64,000 bases of DNA, from positions 1,120,001-1,184,000 of the forward strand of contig CAWFGE010000013.1 in assembly GCA_963815195.1 (NCBI GenBank), given 5' to 3'. The notes beneath the pieces are model-generated. The model saw nothing but the letters and a program-made list of their open reading frames with translations. It had not been told where the DNA came from and made no database searches. The DNA comes from an uncultured Planctomycetaceae bacterium (lineage in GTDB: Bacteria; Planctomycetota; Planctomycetia; Planctomycetales; Planctomycetaceae). Of the stretch, positions 52,717-62,282 are shown one piece after another. The first letter of the stretch is position 1. Every line of letters starts with the position of its first letter. Both the position numbers and the translations under genes were made by a program.

Positions 52717-53727
52717 ATGAAGCGACGCCACATTCCCACTCGAAGCCCCGCCGCTCGGCAAGGTTTTACCCTGATCGAGCTCTTGGTGGTGATTGCGATC
52801 ATTGCAATTCTGATCGCATTGCTCCTCCCGGCGGTCCAGCAAGCCCGCGAAGCGGCCCGGCGGTCCACCTGCAAGAACAACATGAAGCAGTTGGGCATCG
52901 CCCTCCACAACCACCACGACGTTTATGGAAACTTCCCTCCCGGAGCGACCGACGACGACAACCACAATTTCGGCTGGGGAACTTACATTCTGCCGCAAAT
53001 GGACCAGGCCCCGATCTATAACGGTCTGAAAAATGGAGGCATGTTTCTTCTGCACAAAGGCGGGATCCCGAAAAATCAATTTCCAAACAGCACCAACACC
53101 AATACGGACGGCCATAACGGTCAATTGCGCATGGATCAAGGCCCCTTCCAAACCTACACAAAGACGATCCTTCCAGCTTATGTGTGTCCGTCGGATATCC
53201 TGCCGGCGGTGAATAACAACGGTTACGCCAAATCCAACTATTTGGGCAATGCCGGGTCTCGGCGAGATAGCAATTGGAATTCCTGTGCCGCGCAAAAGGG
53301 CAACGAACAGACTGGGGTGATCTTGTACGCCAACGAGAATAACACGACGTGGGTCGTGAAATTTCGCGACATTGTCGACGGCCCCAGCAATACGATTATG
53401 GTCGGCGAGGTTTCCGTCACGCGGCACGCCACGCTGACGAATATCAGCGACGGGACGTATCCAACGTGGTGCGGCGGCAACAATCACGGCGGCTGCAACG
53501 GTTTCCGCCGGCAATCCGCGTGCCGGCTGACCAACAACGCGACCTACATCAATCGGCGGGACAACAACGACCTTTCCGATGCCAGTTTCGGCAGCCAGCA
53601 TGTGGGCGGCGCTCAATTCTGCTTTGCCGATGGAGCCGTGCGGTTCCTCAGCGAGAACATCAATACGACCGTGTATATGAATCTCGGTGGCCGAAATGAG
53701 GGCAACCCCGTTACCGTTCCGAATTAG
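52717..53727 (+). CDS. DUF1559 family prepilin-type / H-X9-DG protein
   Basis: [32 protein letters not shown]. Confidence 0.93.
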   Translation: MKRRHIPTRSPAARQGFTLIELLVVIAIIAILIALLLPAVQQAREAARRSTCKNNMKQLGIALHNHHDVYGNFPPGATDDDNHNFGWGTYILPQMDQAPIYNGLKNGGMFLLHKGGIPKNQFPNSTNTNTDGHNGQLRMDQGPFQTYTKTILPAYVCPSDILPAVNNNGYAKSNYLGNAGSRRDSNWNSCAAQKGNEQTGVILYANENNTTWVVKFRDIVDGPSNTIMVGEVSVTRHATLTNISDGTYPTWCGGNNHGGCNGFRRQSACRLTNNATYINRRDNNDLSDASFGSQHVGGAQFCFADGAVRFLSENINTTVYMNLGGRNEGNPVTVPN

Positions 53728-53760
53728 TTTGGCGTATGTCGACTGCGAACGTCATCAATT

Positions 53761-53800
53761 CAACCCGCTGCCGATGTTCGGCAGCGGGTTGGATTTTTTT
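53761..53800 (+). terminator. intrinsic terminator
   Basis: CAACCCGCTGCCGA / TCGGCAGCGGGTTG followed by a T-tract. Confidence 0.8.
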
Positions 53801-53939
53801 ATGCTTCTTCTCACTGCGATTTCCGTTCGCCGATTCGAGATCCGTTGCGGTTGCCCTTTGGAGGCGGACTTCAAATAATGTCCGGCGTGCGCTGGATGCG
53901 CAGGTCCTCCAACCGATGGCTGAACGACCGGATCGAATC

Positions 53940-55253
53940 ATGTCTCGACTCAACGTGGCGATTGTGGGCCTGGGAACCGTGGGCGGCGGGGTCGCGAGGA
54001 TTCTGCTGTCCCATCCCGAACGCATCCGCCGCCGCGCGGGCCGCGAAATTCACCTCAAACACGCCGTCGTCCGCGATGTCAACCGCCGGCGGGATGTTCC
54101 GCTCCCCGACGGCGTGTTGACCGATGACTGGGAGCGGGTTCGCGACGATCCCGAAGTCGAAGTCGTGGTGCAGTTGGTCGGCGGCACGACGATCGCCCGC
54201 GAAATGATGGAGGCCTTTCTCCGCGCGGGGAAAAACATCGTCACGGCAAACAAGGCGCTCCTCTGCGAAAACGGGCCAGATCTGTTCGCCCTTGCCCGCG
54301 AGAACAATCGCACGATCGCGTTCGAGGCGGCGGTGGCGGGGGGCATTCCGATCATCGCCACCCTCACCCAGTCCATGACCGCCAACCAGATCACCTCGCT
54401 CGAAGCGATTTTGAACGGGACCAGCAATTTCATTCTCACCGAGATGCTCGCGTCGGGGCGGGCTTACGAGGACGTCCTGAAGCAAGCCCAGGCGTTGGGC
54501 TATGCCGAGGCCGACCCCTCGATGGACGTGGACGGCACCGATGCCGCGCAGAAGCTGGTCCTGCTCGCGCAGCTCGCGTATGGGAAACGGGTTTCGCTCG
54601 ACGAGTTTCCCCGGCAGGGCATCGATACGCTCGAGTTGGCGGATTTGATCTTCGCCCAAGAGTTGGGGTACATCGTCAAGCTGCTCGCGGTGGCGAAGCT
54701 GGTGGACGGGCAACTCGAAATGCACGTGCAGCCCACGCTGGTCCGCTCGGATCGCCCGCTGGCCCGCACCCAAGGAGCGTTCAATATGATCGCCTTGGAA
54801 GGCGACGCGGTGGGGCCCACGTGGTACGCCGGCGCGGGAGCCGGGCAGATGGCGACGGCCTCGGCGGTGGTGGCGGATTTGATCGACACCGCGGCCGGCC
54901 GCACGGCTCTGTCCTTCCCAAAATTGGACGTGTGGGACAGCGGCTCCGCGCTCGCCGTGCAGCCGCCGGAGGACTTCGCCAGCCGGTATTATTTGCGGTT
55001 CAACGTGGAAGACCGGCCGCACGTGTTCGCCGACATTGCGGACATCTTGGGCCGGCATCAGATCAGCCTGGCTTCGATCATTCAGCACGAATCCCCGGAA
55101 CCCGACGCCGAGATCCCAGGGGCCCATGCCGTGGTCCCCGTGGTCGTGATGACCCACCGCACCCGCCGCGGCCAGATTCAACAGGCGAACGCGGAACTCA
55201 ACCGGCTCGAAACCCTGCGTCCGCCGCTGGTTATGCTTCCCGTTGCCGATTAG
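53940..55253 (+). CDS. hom: homoserine dehydrogenase with a C-terminal ACT domain
   Basis: GLGTVG, TANK, EAAVAGGIP, ILNGTSNFIL, GYAEADP, GAGAG. Confidence 0.95.
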   Translation: MSRLNVAIVGLGTVGGGVARILLSHPERIRRRAGREIHLKHAVVRDVNRRRDVPLPDGVLTDDWERVRDDPEVEVVVQLVGGTTIAREMMEAFLRAGKNIVTANKALLCENGPDLFALARENNRTIAFEAAVAGGIPIIATLTQSMTANQITSLEAILNGTSNFILTEMLASGRAYEDVLKQAQALGYAEADPSMDVDGTDAAQKLVLLAQLAYGKRVSLDEFPRQGIDTLELADLIFAQELGYIVKLLAVAKLVDGQLEMHVQPTLVRSDRPLARTQGAFNMIALEGDAVGPTWYAGAGAGQMATASAVVADLIDTAAGRTALSFPKLDVWDSGSALAVQPPEDFASRYYLRFNVEDRPHVFADIADILGRHQISLASIIQHESPEPDAEIPGAHAVVPVVVMTHRTRRGQIQQANAELNRLETLRPPLVMLPVAD

Positions 55254-55263
55254 CGAATTGACG

Positions 55264-56146
55264 ATGAGCCCACCCGCGGATTCCACCGATTTCGAAAACC
55301 GCATCGCAATGGTCACCGGCGCAAATGCGGGCATCGGCCGCGAGACGGTGCGCGGCCTGGCAATCGCAGGGATGCGCGTGGTCCTCGTCTGCCGAAACCG
55401 CGAACGCGGCGAAGAGGCAATCGCGGATGTCCGAAAAGACACCGGCAACGACCGGCTGACTTTACTGCGCGCCGATCTCTCGTCGCAGGCGTCGATTCGC
55501 AACCTGGTCAAAACCTACTTGAGTGAGTTCTCCGAACTGCACGTGCTCATCAACAACGCCGCCGTCATTTCCGAGACGCGGGAACTTACGGAGGATGGCA
55601 TCGAAAAACAGTTCGCCGTCAACCACCTGGCCCCGTTTTTATTGACCCGCCTGCTCTTGGACGTGTTGAAGCAAAGTGCCCCCGCGCGGATCATCAATGT
55701 CTCTTCGCAAATGCACCAGCGGACGGATTGGGACTTCGGAAATCTGCAAGGCGAAAAAGATTACCACCCCCGGCGGGTCTATGCCCAAACCAAACTCGCG
55801 AATGTGCTGTTCACGAAGGAACTCGCCCGCCGGCTGGAGGGGACGGGCGTGACGGCGAATGCACTGCACCCCGGCACCGTCGCCACGGGATTGTTCGGCC
55901 GGTTTTTGGGATTGCCGCGCTGGCTGCGGTTTTTATCCGACTGGTATGGCATCAGCCCCGAGCGCGGGGCCGAGACTTCGATCTATCTGGCGACTTCGCC
56001 GGAAGTGGCTCAGACGACGGGCGAGTACTTTCGCAACTGCCGACCCTCTCCGTGCAATCCGCTGGCCGAGGACAAACAGACTCGCCGCCCGGTTGTGGGA
56101 CCGGAGCGAAAAACTGACCGGCCTTTCCCATGCGACTGCGGAATAA
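55264..56146 (+). CDS. SDR oxidoreductase, retinol-dehydrogenase-like (frameshift near 56080)
   Basis: TGANAGIG, NNAA, VNHLAPF, YAQTK, HPG; the expected C-terminus LAARLWDRSEKLTG is in another frame. Confidence 0.82.
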
Positions 56147-56270
56147 CCATTTCCGACATCTCAGGCTTGCTTGGTGTCGCTCGCAGTTTTCGGATAAGCT
56201 ACTTTGCATCGACGAGGCGGTTTTTCGATTCGATTCTTCTATTGAAGCTCCCAAGCACAGGACAGAACAC

Positions 56271-57959
56271 ATGCGCGACAGGTCCCTCAAAAAGGCGTGG
56301 GCTGACTCTCGGCTCGCAGTGGTCGTTTTTGTCGTGATGTTCCATTCGCTGGCGGCCGTCGGCTGGACGGAAGACAATGTCAACCTGGGTACGGTGCGCG
56401 AGGAACATCTGATGATCCCGATGCGCGATGGGAAACGCCTCTCCGCCTATGTGTATTTCCCGCCGGGACCGGGGCCTTGGCCGGTGGTTTTTCAGCAGCG
56501 TTATGCCAGCCTTCGCGGCAAGGGAACCCGCGAAGCCGCCGCCGAACTGGCGAAGGCGGGGTTTGTCGTGGCGATGGTCAATTTCCGCGGGACGCATGAA
56601 TCCGAGGGGACCTGGGTCGGCTACCGGGCTTTGCAATGGGGCGAGCTGAAAGACGGCTACGACGTTTGCGAATGGTTCGCGGCGCAGAATTGGAGCACCG
56701 GCAAAGTCGGCACGTTCGGGGGCTCGCAGGGCGGGTATGCCCAGAATTATCTGGCCGTCACGCAGCCGCCGCATCTCGTGTGCCAGTATATGACCGATAC
56801 CGGATTGAGCCTGTTTCAGGAAGGCTACCGCATCGGCGGCACCACACGCCCGGAACGGTTTAAGGGGATGGACGGCGTGTGCCGGAATCCAGAGGACAAT
56901 CGCCGCTTGCTCGCCGAGTGGTTCGAGCATCCCGATTACGATGCCTATTGGCAGGCCGAGGATTGCACGAGGCACTTCGACAAGATGAACGTGCCCTGTT
57001 TCACCATCGGCAGTTGGTACGACTTTATGAACCAGGGATCGATCGCCAGCTTCCAGGGTCGGCAGCACCAGGGCGGTCCCAAGTCGCGCGGCCGGCAGCA
57101 ACTCGTCATCGGGCCTTGGCTGCATGGCGGGCGGAAAACGAACCGCATCGGCGATCTGACTTATCCCGAGAACGCAAATTGGCCCGTGGCGGACCACATG
57201 GTGCGCTGGTTCAATCATTATCTCCAAGGCAGAGACAACGGCGTCGAGAAGGAACCCGCGGTCCGGTATTACGTCATGGGAGCCGCGGACGATCCCCAGG
57301 CTCCGGGAAACGTGTGGCGGTCGGCCGCGGATTTCCCGCCGCCTTCCACGCCGACGCCGCTTTATTTGCAGGCGGGTGGCAAGCTCTCGGCGTCTGCCTC
57401 TGCGGAACCGGAAAGTTCCACGAGCTACGTCAGCGATCCGCGACATCCCATGAAGATTCCCGGCCGGGCATTCCCCGGCGCGAAAGATGCGCGGGAGTTC
57501 GAGCAGCAATCGGAAGTCCGCACGTTTACGACCGAGCCACTCAAATCGCCCGTCGAATGGACCGGCCGCGTCCAGGCGGAAATCTATCTTTCCTCGACCG
57601 CGCGGGACACCGATTTGATCGTCCGCATCAGCGATGTGTATCCCGATGGGCGGTCCATTCTGATCGTCGATTACCCCTGGCGGGTGCGGTATCGGGAAGG
57701 CTTCGACCATCAGGTGCTGATGGAGCCCGGCGAAGTTTGCAAGGTCGCGTTTCCCGTCGGCTGGATGAGCCAGATTTTTAACACAGGCCACCGCATCCGC
57801 GTGACGATCTCCAGCACCGGGGCTCCGCTTTACGAGCCGAACTCGCAGACCGGCAAACCATTGACCATCGCGTTTCCCGACGATGCCTTGAAAGCGGTGA
57901 ATACGATCCACCACGATCGCGGGCACGCCTCGCGGATCCTGGCCCCGATCCCAAAATAG
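56271..57959 (+). CDS. CocE/NonD family hydrolase
   Basis: MRDGKRL, RG...SEG, GGSQGG, IGPWLH. Confidence 0.88.
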   Translation: MRDRSLKKAWADSRLAVVVFVVMFHSLAAVGWTEDNVNLGTVREEHLMIPMRDGKRLSAYVYFPPGPGPWPVVFQQRYASLRGKGTREAAAELAKAGFVVAMVNFRGTHESEGTWVGYRALQWGELKDGYDVCEWFAAQNWSTGKVGTFGGSQGGYAQNYLAVTQPPHLVCQYMTDTGLSLFQEGYRIGGTTRPERFKGMDGVCRNPEDNRRLLAEWFEHPDYDAYWQAEDCTRHFDKMNVPCFTIGSWYDFMNQGSIASFQGRQHQGGPKSRGRQQLVIGPWLHGGRKTNRIGDLTYPENANWPVADHMVRWFNHYLQGRDNGVEKEPAVRYYVMGAADDPQAPGNVWRSAADFPPPSTPTPLYLQAGGKLSASASAEPESSTSYVSDPRHPMKIPGRAFPGAKDAREFEQQSEVRTFTTEPLKSPVEWTGRVQAEIYLSSTARDTDLIVRISDVYPDGRSILIVDYPWRVRYREGFDHQVLMEPGEVCKVAFPVGWMSQIFNTGHRIRVTISSTGAPLYEPNSQTGKPLTIAFPDDALKAVNTIHHDRGHASRILAPIPK

Positions 57960-57998
57960 GTGATCTTGCCACTTAGGACACGGTCAGGAATGATGCGG

Positions 57999-59840
57999 AT
58001 GGGGTATAAAACCCTGAGACAATGCGTGGAGGACTTGGAGCGGCACGGGCAGTTGGTGCGGATCGCGTCGGAGGTCGATCCCCATCTGGAAGCCGCGGAA
58101 ATCCAGCGGCGAGTCTACCAAGCCCAGGGGCCGGCGGTCTTTTATGAGCGCGTCAAAGGCTGCCGGTTTCCGCTGGTCTCGAACCTCTTCGGCACCCGCG
58201 AGCGGACGCGGTTTTTGTTCCGCGATGCGCTCCGGGCGGTTCGGCATCTCGTGGAGATGAAGATCGATCCCGCGGCGTTCTGGAAAAGCCCGTTCAAATA
58301 CCGGGACGTGCCGCGAAGTTTACTGCACATGCTGCCGCGAACCTGCCGGCGCGGTCCGGTGCTTCGGCATCAAACGACCATCGACCAACTCCCGCAATTT
58401 GTGAGTTGGCCGGGCGACGGCGGGGCGTTTATCACGCTGCCCGAAGTTTATACCGAACATCCCGACAAGCCCGGGCTCATGAATTCCAACCTGGGCATGT
58501 ACCGCGTGCAGCTTTCGGGCGGCGAGTACGCGGCGAATCGGCAGATCGGAATGCATTATCAAATCCATCGCAGCATCGGCGTGCACCACGCGGCCGCGAT
58601 CCGGCGGGGCGAACGGCTGCCGGTGAATGTCTTCGTCGGCGGCACGCCCGCGATGATCCTCGCCGCCGTCATGCCTTTGCCCGAAGGGTTTTCGGAACTC
58701 ACCTTCGCCGGCGCCTTGGGCCGGCGGGCGATTCGGATGATCAAAGGCCAAAGCGGATTGCCGATCTATGCCGAGGCGGATTTTTGCATCGCGGGCTGGA
58801 TCGATCCCGAAAACACCTTGCCCGAAGGTCCGTTCGGCGATCACCTGGGCTATTACAGCAACGTGCACGATTTCCCGGTGATGGAAGTCGAGACGGTGTA
58901 TCACCGCGAAGGCGCGATCTGGCCGTTTACGGTCGTGGGCCGGCCGCCGCAGGAGGACACTTCGTTCGGGGAACTCATTCACGAACTCACCGGTCCGGTC
59001 ATTCCCACCGTGGTGCCGGGCGTGCGGGGCGTGCATGCCGTGGACGCGGCGGGCGTGCATCCGCTGCTTCTCGCGATCGGCAGCGAACGCTATGTGCCCT
59101 ATGCGCGCGAGCGCCGGCCGCAGGAACTCTTGACCGAAGCCCACGCGATTTTGGGGCAAGGCCAGTTGTCGCTCGCCAAGTATCTGCTGATCGTCGCGGA
59201 GGAAGACAATCCCGAATTGGACATCGAAGACATCGCTGCGTTCTTTCGGCATGTGTTGGAGCGGGTGGATTGGCGGCGGGATTTGCACTTTCAGACCGAG
59301 ACCACAATCGACACTTTGGATTATTCGGGTACGGGATTGAATGCGGGATCGAAAGTCATCCTCGCCGCCGCGGGTGCGAAACGCCGCGATTTGCCGACGA
59401 TGCTGTCTTCCGGTGCCGATTTGCCGGACGGATTTCGCGAACTGAAAGTGGCGCTTCCGGGCGTGCTGGTGATCGAAGCCCCGGCCTTTTCGCAATCCAA
59501 GAACGAAATCGAACCGCACGTCACGCGGCTGATTTCGGGCGTGTCCTCGGAGCATCCGCTGTGCGAGTTTCCGCTGTGGGTGCTCGCCGACGATGCGGAG
59601 TTCGCCGCGCGGACGGCAGGCAACTTTTTGTGGGTCACATTCACGCGGTCGAACCCGGCGGCGGACCTCCACGGAATCGGGGCTTTCGTCCATCAAAAAC
59701 ATTGGGGCTGCCGAGGCCCGTTAATCATCGATGCCCGCATCAAACCGCACCACGCTGCGCCGTTGGTGGAAGATCCCGCGGTGACGAAACGGGTCGACGG
59801 ACTCGCCGCCCCGGGCGGTCCGCTTCACGGGATCCTTTAA
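57999..59840 (+). CDS. UbiD family decarboxylase (long form)
   Basis: NLGMYR, EGPFGDHLGYY, GRPPQED, DTLDYSG. Confidence 0.92.
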   Translation: MGYKTLRQCVEDLERHGQLVRIASEVDPHLEAAEIQRRVYQAQGPAVFYERVKGCRFPLVSNLFGTRERTRFLFRDALRAVRHLVEMKIDPAAFWKSPFKYRDVPRSLLHMLPRTCRRGPVLRHQTTIDQLPQFVSWPGDGGAFITLPEVYTEHPDKPGLMNSNLGMYRVQLSGGEYAANRQIGMHYQIHRSIGVHHAAAIRRGERLPVNVFVGGTPAMILAAVMPLPEGFSELTFAGALGRRAIRMIKGQSGLPIYAEADFCIAGWIDPENTLPEGPFGDHLGYYSNVHDFPVMEVETVYHREGAIWPFTVVGRPPQEDTSFGELIHELTGPVIPTVVPGVRGVHAVDAAGVHPLLLAIGSERYVPYARERRPQELLTEAHAILGQGQLSLAKYLLIVAEEDNPELDIEDIAAFFRHVLERVDWRRDLHFQTETTIDTLDYSGTGLNAGSKVILAAAGAKRRDLPTMLSSGADLPDGFRELKVALPGVLVIEAPAFSQSKNEIEPHVTRLISGVSSEHPLCEFPLWVLADDAEFAARTAGNFLWVTFTRSNPAADLHGIGAFVHQKHWGCRGPLIIDARIKPHHAAPLVEDPAVTKRVDGLAAPGGPLHGIL

Positions 59841-59867
59841 GGCGTCCTTTCGCAAAAGGAAAGAGAC

Positions 59868-59938
59868 TTGGGTGGCAGGCCCTGAGGAACGAAGGGCGTG
59901 GTCTTCGCCCTTCGCTGCGCTCAGGGACGTGCCACCCA
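59868..59938. repeat. REP-like palindrome (GGGTGGC...GCCACCC family)
   Basis: Same arms as 24284-24368. Confidence 0.75.
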
Positions 59939-60355
59939 CGCATGACTAACTTCTCAAATTAATCGTAAGCGGTTGGGTGGCTAGGGCGCAAGTTCCCCTT
60001 TGAATAAGGCTTGAATTGCGAATGCTGGGGCTGTGGCCGGGCGAGAAAAACTTTGCACGGCCCCAGGCCTCAGAGTTCCTTTTTCCTCGGAACCTTCCTT
60101 AGCGCCCCAGCCACCCCGCCGCCGCCACGCCCTTCGCCACGCCCTTCGCTGCGCTCAGGGACGTGCCACCCACGCATGACTAACTTCTCAAATTAATCGT
60201 AAGCGGTTGGGTGGCTGGGGCGCAAGTTCCCCTTTGAATAAGGCTTGAATTGCGAATGCTGGGGCTGTGGCCGGGCGAGAAAAACTTTGCACGGCCCCAG
60301 GCCTCAGAGTTCCTTTTTCCTCGGAACCTTCCTTAGCGCCCCAGCCACCCCGCCG
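59906..60355. repeat. tandem duplication, two 216-bp copies (period 234)
   Basis: 59906-60121 versus 60140-60355, identical except 59983 A / 60217 G. Confidence 0.92.
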
Positions 60356-60377
60356 AATCAGGGGGTTCTCTAATCCA

Positions 60378-61970
60378 TCAGCCGAGTTTGTCCAGCGCCT
60401 GTTTCAAGGGTTCGCCTTGTTTCGGGTTGACCATGTGGATGTAGGCGATCATGCCGCGGACCCAGCCTTCGAAGTGCGGCCGGCCTTCGCGGTTCTGGCT
60501 TTCCAGGCCTTCAAACTGGGCGCGATGCAGAATCGCCCGCAGCCGGCGGACCAGTTTCCGCGGCACGCTGGGATGTTCGTTGACGACGATCCCCGTCACC
60601 ATTTGGGCGGTGTGCGGGCAGTGCACGCGGGTTTTCTTCTGGTTGATCCGAAAGCCCTCGTCCTCGGCGATGTGCCGGATTTTCGCGAGCAGCCAGCCGA
60701 TCTTTTCCGCCACCTCGCCGCTGCCTGAGAACGTGATGTCGTCCGCATACCGCGTATACCGGCTGTCCAGTTTTTCCGCGAGCCCCGTGAGGCGTTTGTC
60801 GAGTTTCCAGGCGACGAGATTGCTGATCGCCGGACTCGTGCACGCGCCCTGCGGCAGCGACCGCGGCCCGGTGGCGACGTGGAATTTCGTGCCGGCCAGG
60901 AGCACCGACCGGCGCGGGCATTCGGTGGTCAACAGGGCCAAGATCGTGGCGACCGCGGGCGAGTAACCGATCCGCCGAAAGAATCCCATCACGCGGGGAA
61001 AGGTGATCGAGGGGAAAAACTCTTCCAGATCGCAATTCACGACCGCGGACTGATGGGTGTGAAGCTTCGCCCCGGTGACGGTCGAGCGCCCGGCGACAAA
61101 CCCGTGGGCCGCGGCGTGCACGGGGATGTTTTTTAGGATGTTCGCGAGAATCCAGCGCTGGCAGCGGTCCATCTCGCGGTGCGGCTTGGCGAGTTCGCGG
61201 AGCCCGCCGCTCTTTTTGGGCACGCTGAAGCGAATGTAATGCGTCCGCGCCGAGGCCACGTTATGAAATGCCAGCCATCTTAACCGGGGAATCGAAACGT
61301 CGAGCGCCTTCGCCAGATCGCCTGGCGTCGCCAGCACCGGGAGGCCGAACTTTTGCAGCGATTCCACGTTCGCCCGGCGGTCGGCAAGGCCCTTGGAAAC
61401 GCCTCGGCCGAGAAAAATAATGTCCGCCTGACGCCGCTCCGCGATTTCCGCCTGCCGCTGCCTTCTTCGCTCGGCGGCTTCGGCTTTTTTTTGCTGCTTG
61501 AGGTCGGCCCGGGCCTCTTTTGTTTGTTCGAGCACGCGGTTCGCGCGGTGGGCGACGTGGCGCATCGTCGGGCGGACGGCGTCCATCTCCGCACCGATTT
61601 CGTGGATGTCCTCCAACTCTTCCGGCGTGATGAAACCGTGCGTGACCATCGCCCGGTCGATCAATCGCGTCCGCGGATCGTCCGGCGGCGGAATCAAATC
61701 CTGCCGACCAAACCAGGGGTTCATCCAGCCGAGTTGGTCGGCCTCGGCATGCATCTCCGCGTGGGACATCGTCGTGTATTGGCCCACGTCATAAGCTTCC
61801 GGCGGGATGATCCCCACGGGTTCAACGCGAACGGCTGGTGATTCCGCGGCGGGGGACGGCTTCTCGGGCGGCCAGCTTTCCGTGGGCGCCTGATGCGGTT
61901 CGAGCGGTTGATAGGGTTTGGCGGGCTCCGCCGGGCTGAACAAGGAGAGCAACCAATTGAAGAATCTCAT
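60378..61970 (-). CDS. retron-type reverse transcriptase with a long N-terminal extension (about 530 aa)
   Basis: KKSGGLR, AAHGF, DLEEFFPSI, LPQGACTSP, YTRYADDITFS, QMVTG; ATG 61970 with GAGGA RBS. Confidence 0.93.
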   Translation of the reverse strand: MRFFNWLLSLFSPAEPAKPYQPLEPHQAPTESWPPEKPSPAAESPAVRVEPVGIIPPEAYDVGQYTTMSHAEMHAEADQLGWMNPWFGRQDLIPPPDDPRTRLIDRAMVTHGFITPEELEDIHEIGAEMDAVRPTMRHVAHRANRVLEQTKEARADLKQQKKAEAAERRRQRQAEIAERRQADIIFLGRGVSKGLADRRANVESLQKFGLPVLATPGDLAKALDVSIPRLRWLAFHNVASARTHYIRFSVPKKSGGLRELAKPHREMDRCQRWILANILKNIPVHAAAHGFVAGRSTVTGAKLHTHQSAVVNCDLEEFFPSITFPRVMGFFRRIGYSPAVATILALLTTECPRRSVLLAGTKFHVATGPRSLPQGACTSPAISNLVAWKLDKRLTGLAEKLDSRYTRYADDITFSGSGEVAEKIGWLLAKIRHIAEDEGFRINQKKTRVHCPHTAQMVTGIVVNEHPSVPRKLVRRLRAILHRAQFEGLESQNREGRPHFEGWVRGMIAYIHMVNPKQGEPLKQALDKLG

Positions 61971-62013
61971 AACGCCGGCTGTTCCTCGCCTCGCCCGATC
62001 CTCTCGGAGGGAA

Positions 62014-62227
62014 AAACACGACCGGCCAACTGACTGCGAGCGGCGGACCAAGGTCGTTCACTCAGGCTCCCCGACGTACTGTCACGGGGGGAAGCCTTGG
62101 CTTGTCGTGGCCCACGTGACAGTACGTCGGGGAGCCACACGAACAACGGCCTTGGGGAAGCATGGCAGGGCAAACTCAACCACGGCGGATCGCCGTAGTA
62201 AATTGGTCTCAGTTGGCCGGCGTGTTT
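62014..62227 (-). ncRNA. retron msr-msd non-coding RNA
   Basis: a1/a2 inverted repeats at 62014-62033 and 62209-62227; msd hairpin 62048-62155 with a 22-bp perfect core; msr hairpin 62179-62199; lies directly upstream of the RT. Confidence 0.85.
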
Positions 62228-62282
62228 CCAAAGTTCAATTTCAGTCGTTACAAAAAAGTTCGGAGAATTGTGTTGGTTTTCT

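Noticed and set aside
59906..60355. Duplication as a DGR template/variable repeat pair
   Set aside because: Only one difference between the copies, both look non-coding, and the RT is not DGR-type
60378..61970. Group II intron or DGR reverse transcriptase
   Set aside because: No recognisable maturase/endonuclease domains or intron domain V; no TR/VR pair within a target gene and no Avd; VTG and the msr-msd layout indicate a retron
61971..62051. Longer RT start given by the ORF track
   Set aside because: It would overlap the a1 repeat; ATG 61970 has an RBS and is more plausible
62230..62265. ECF-type promoter (GAACTT) for the retron on the minus strand
   Set aside because: A -35-like hexamer is present but there is no convincing -10 element
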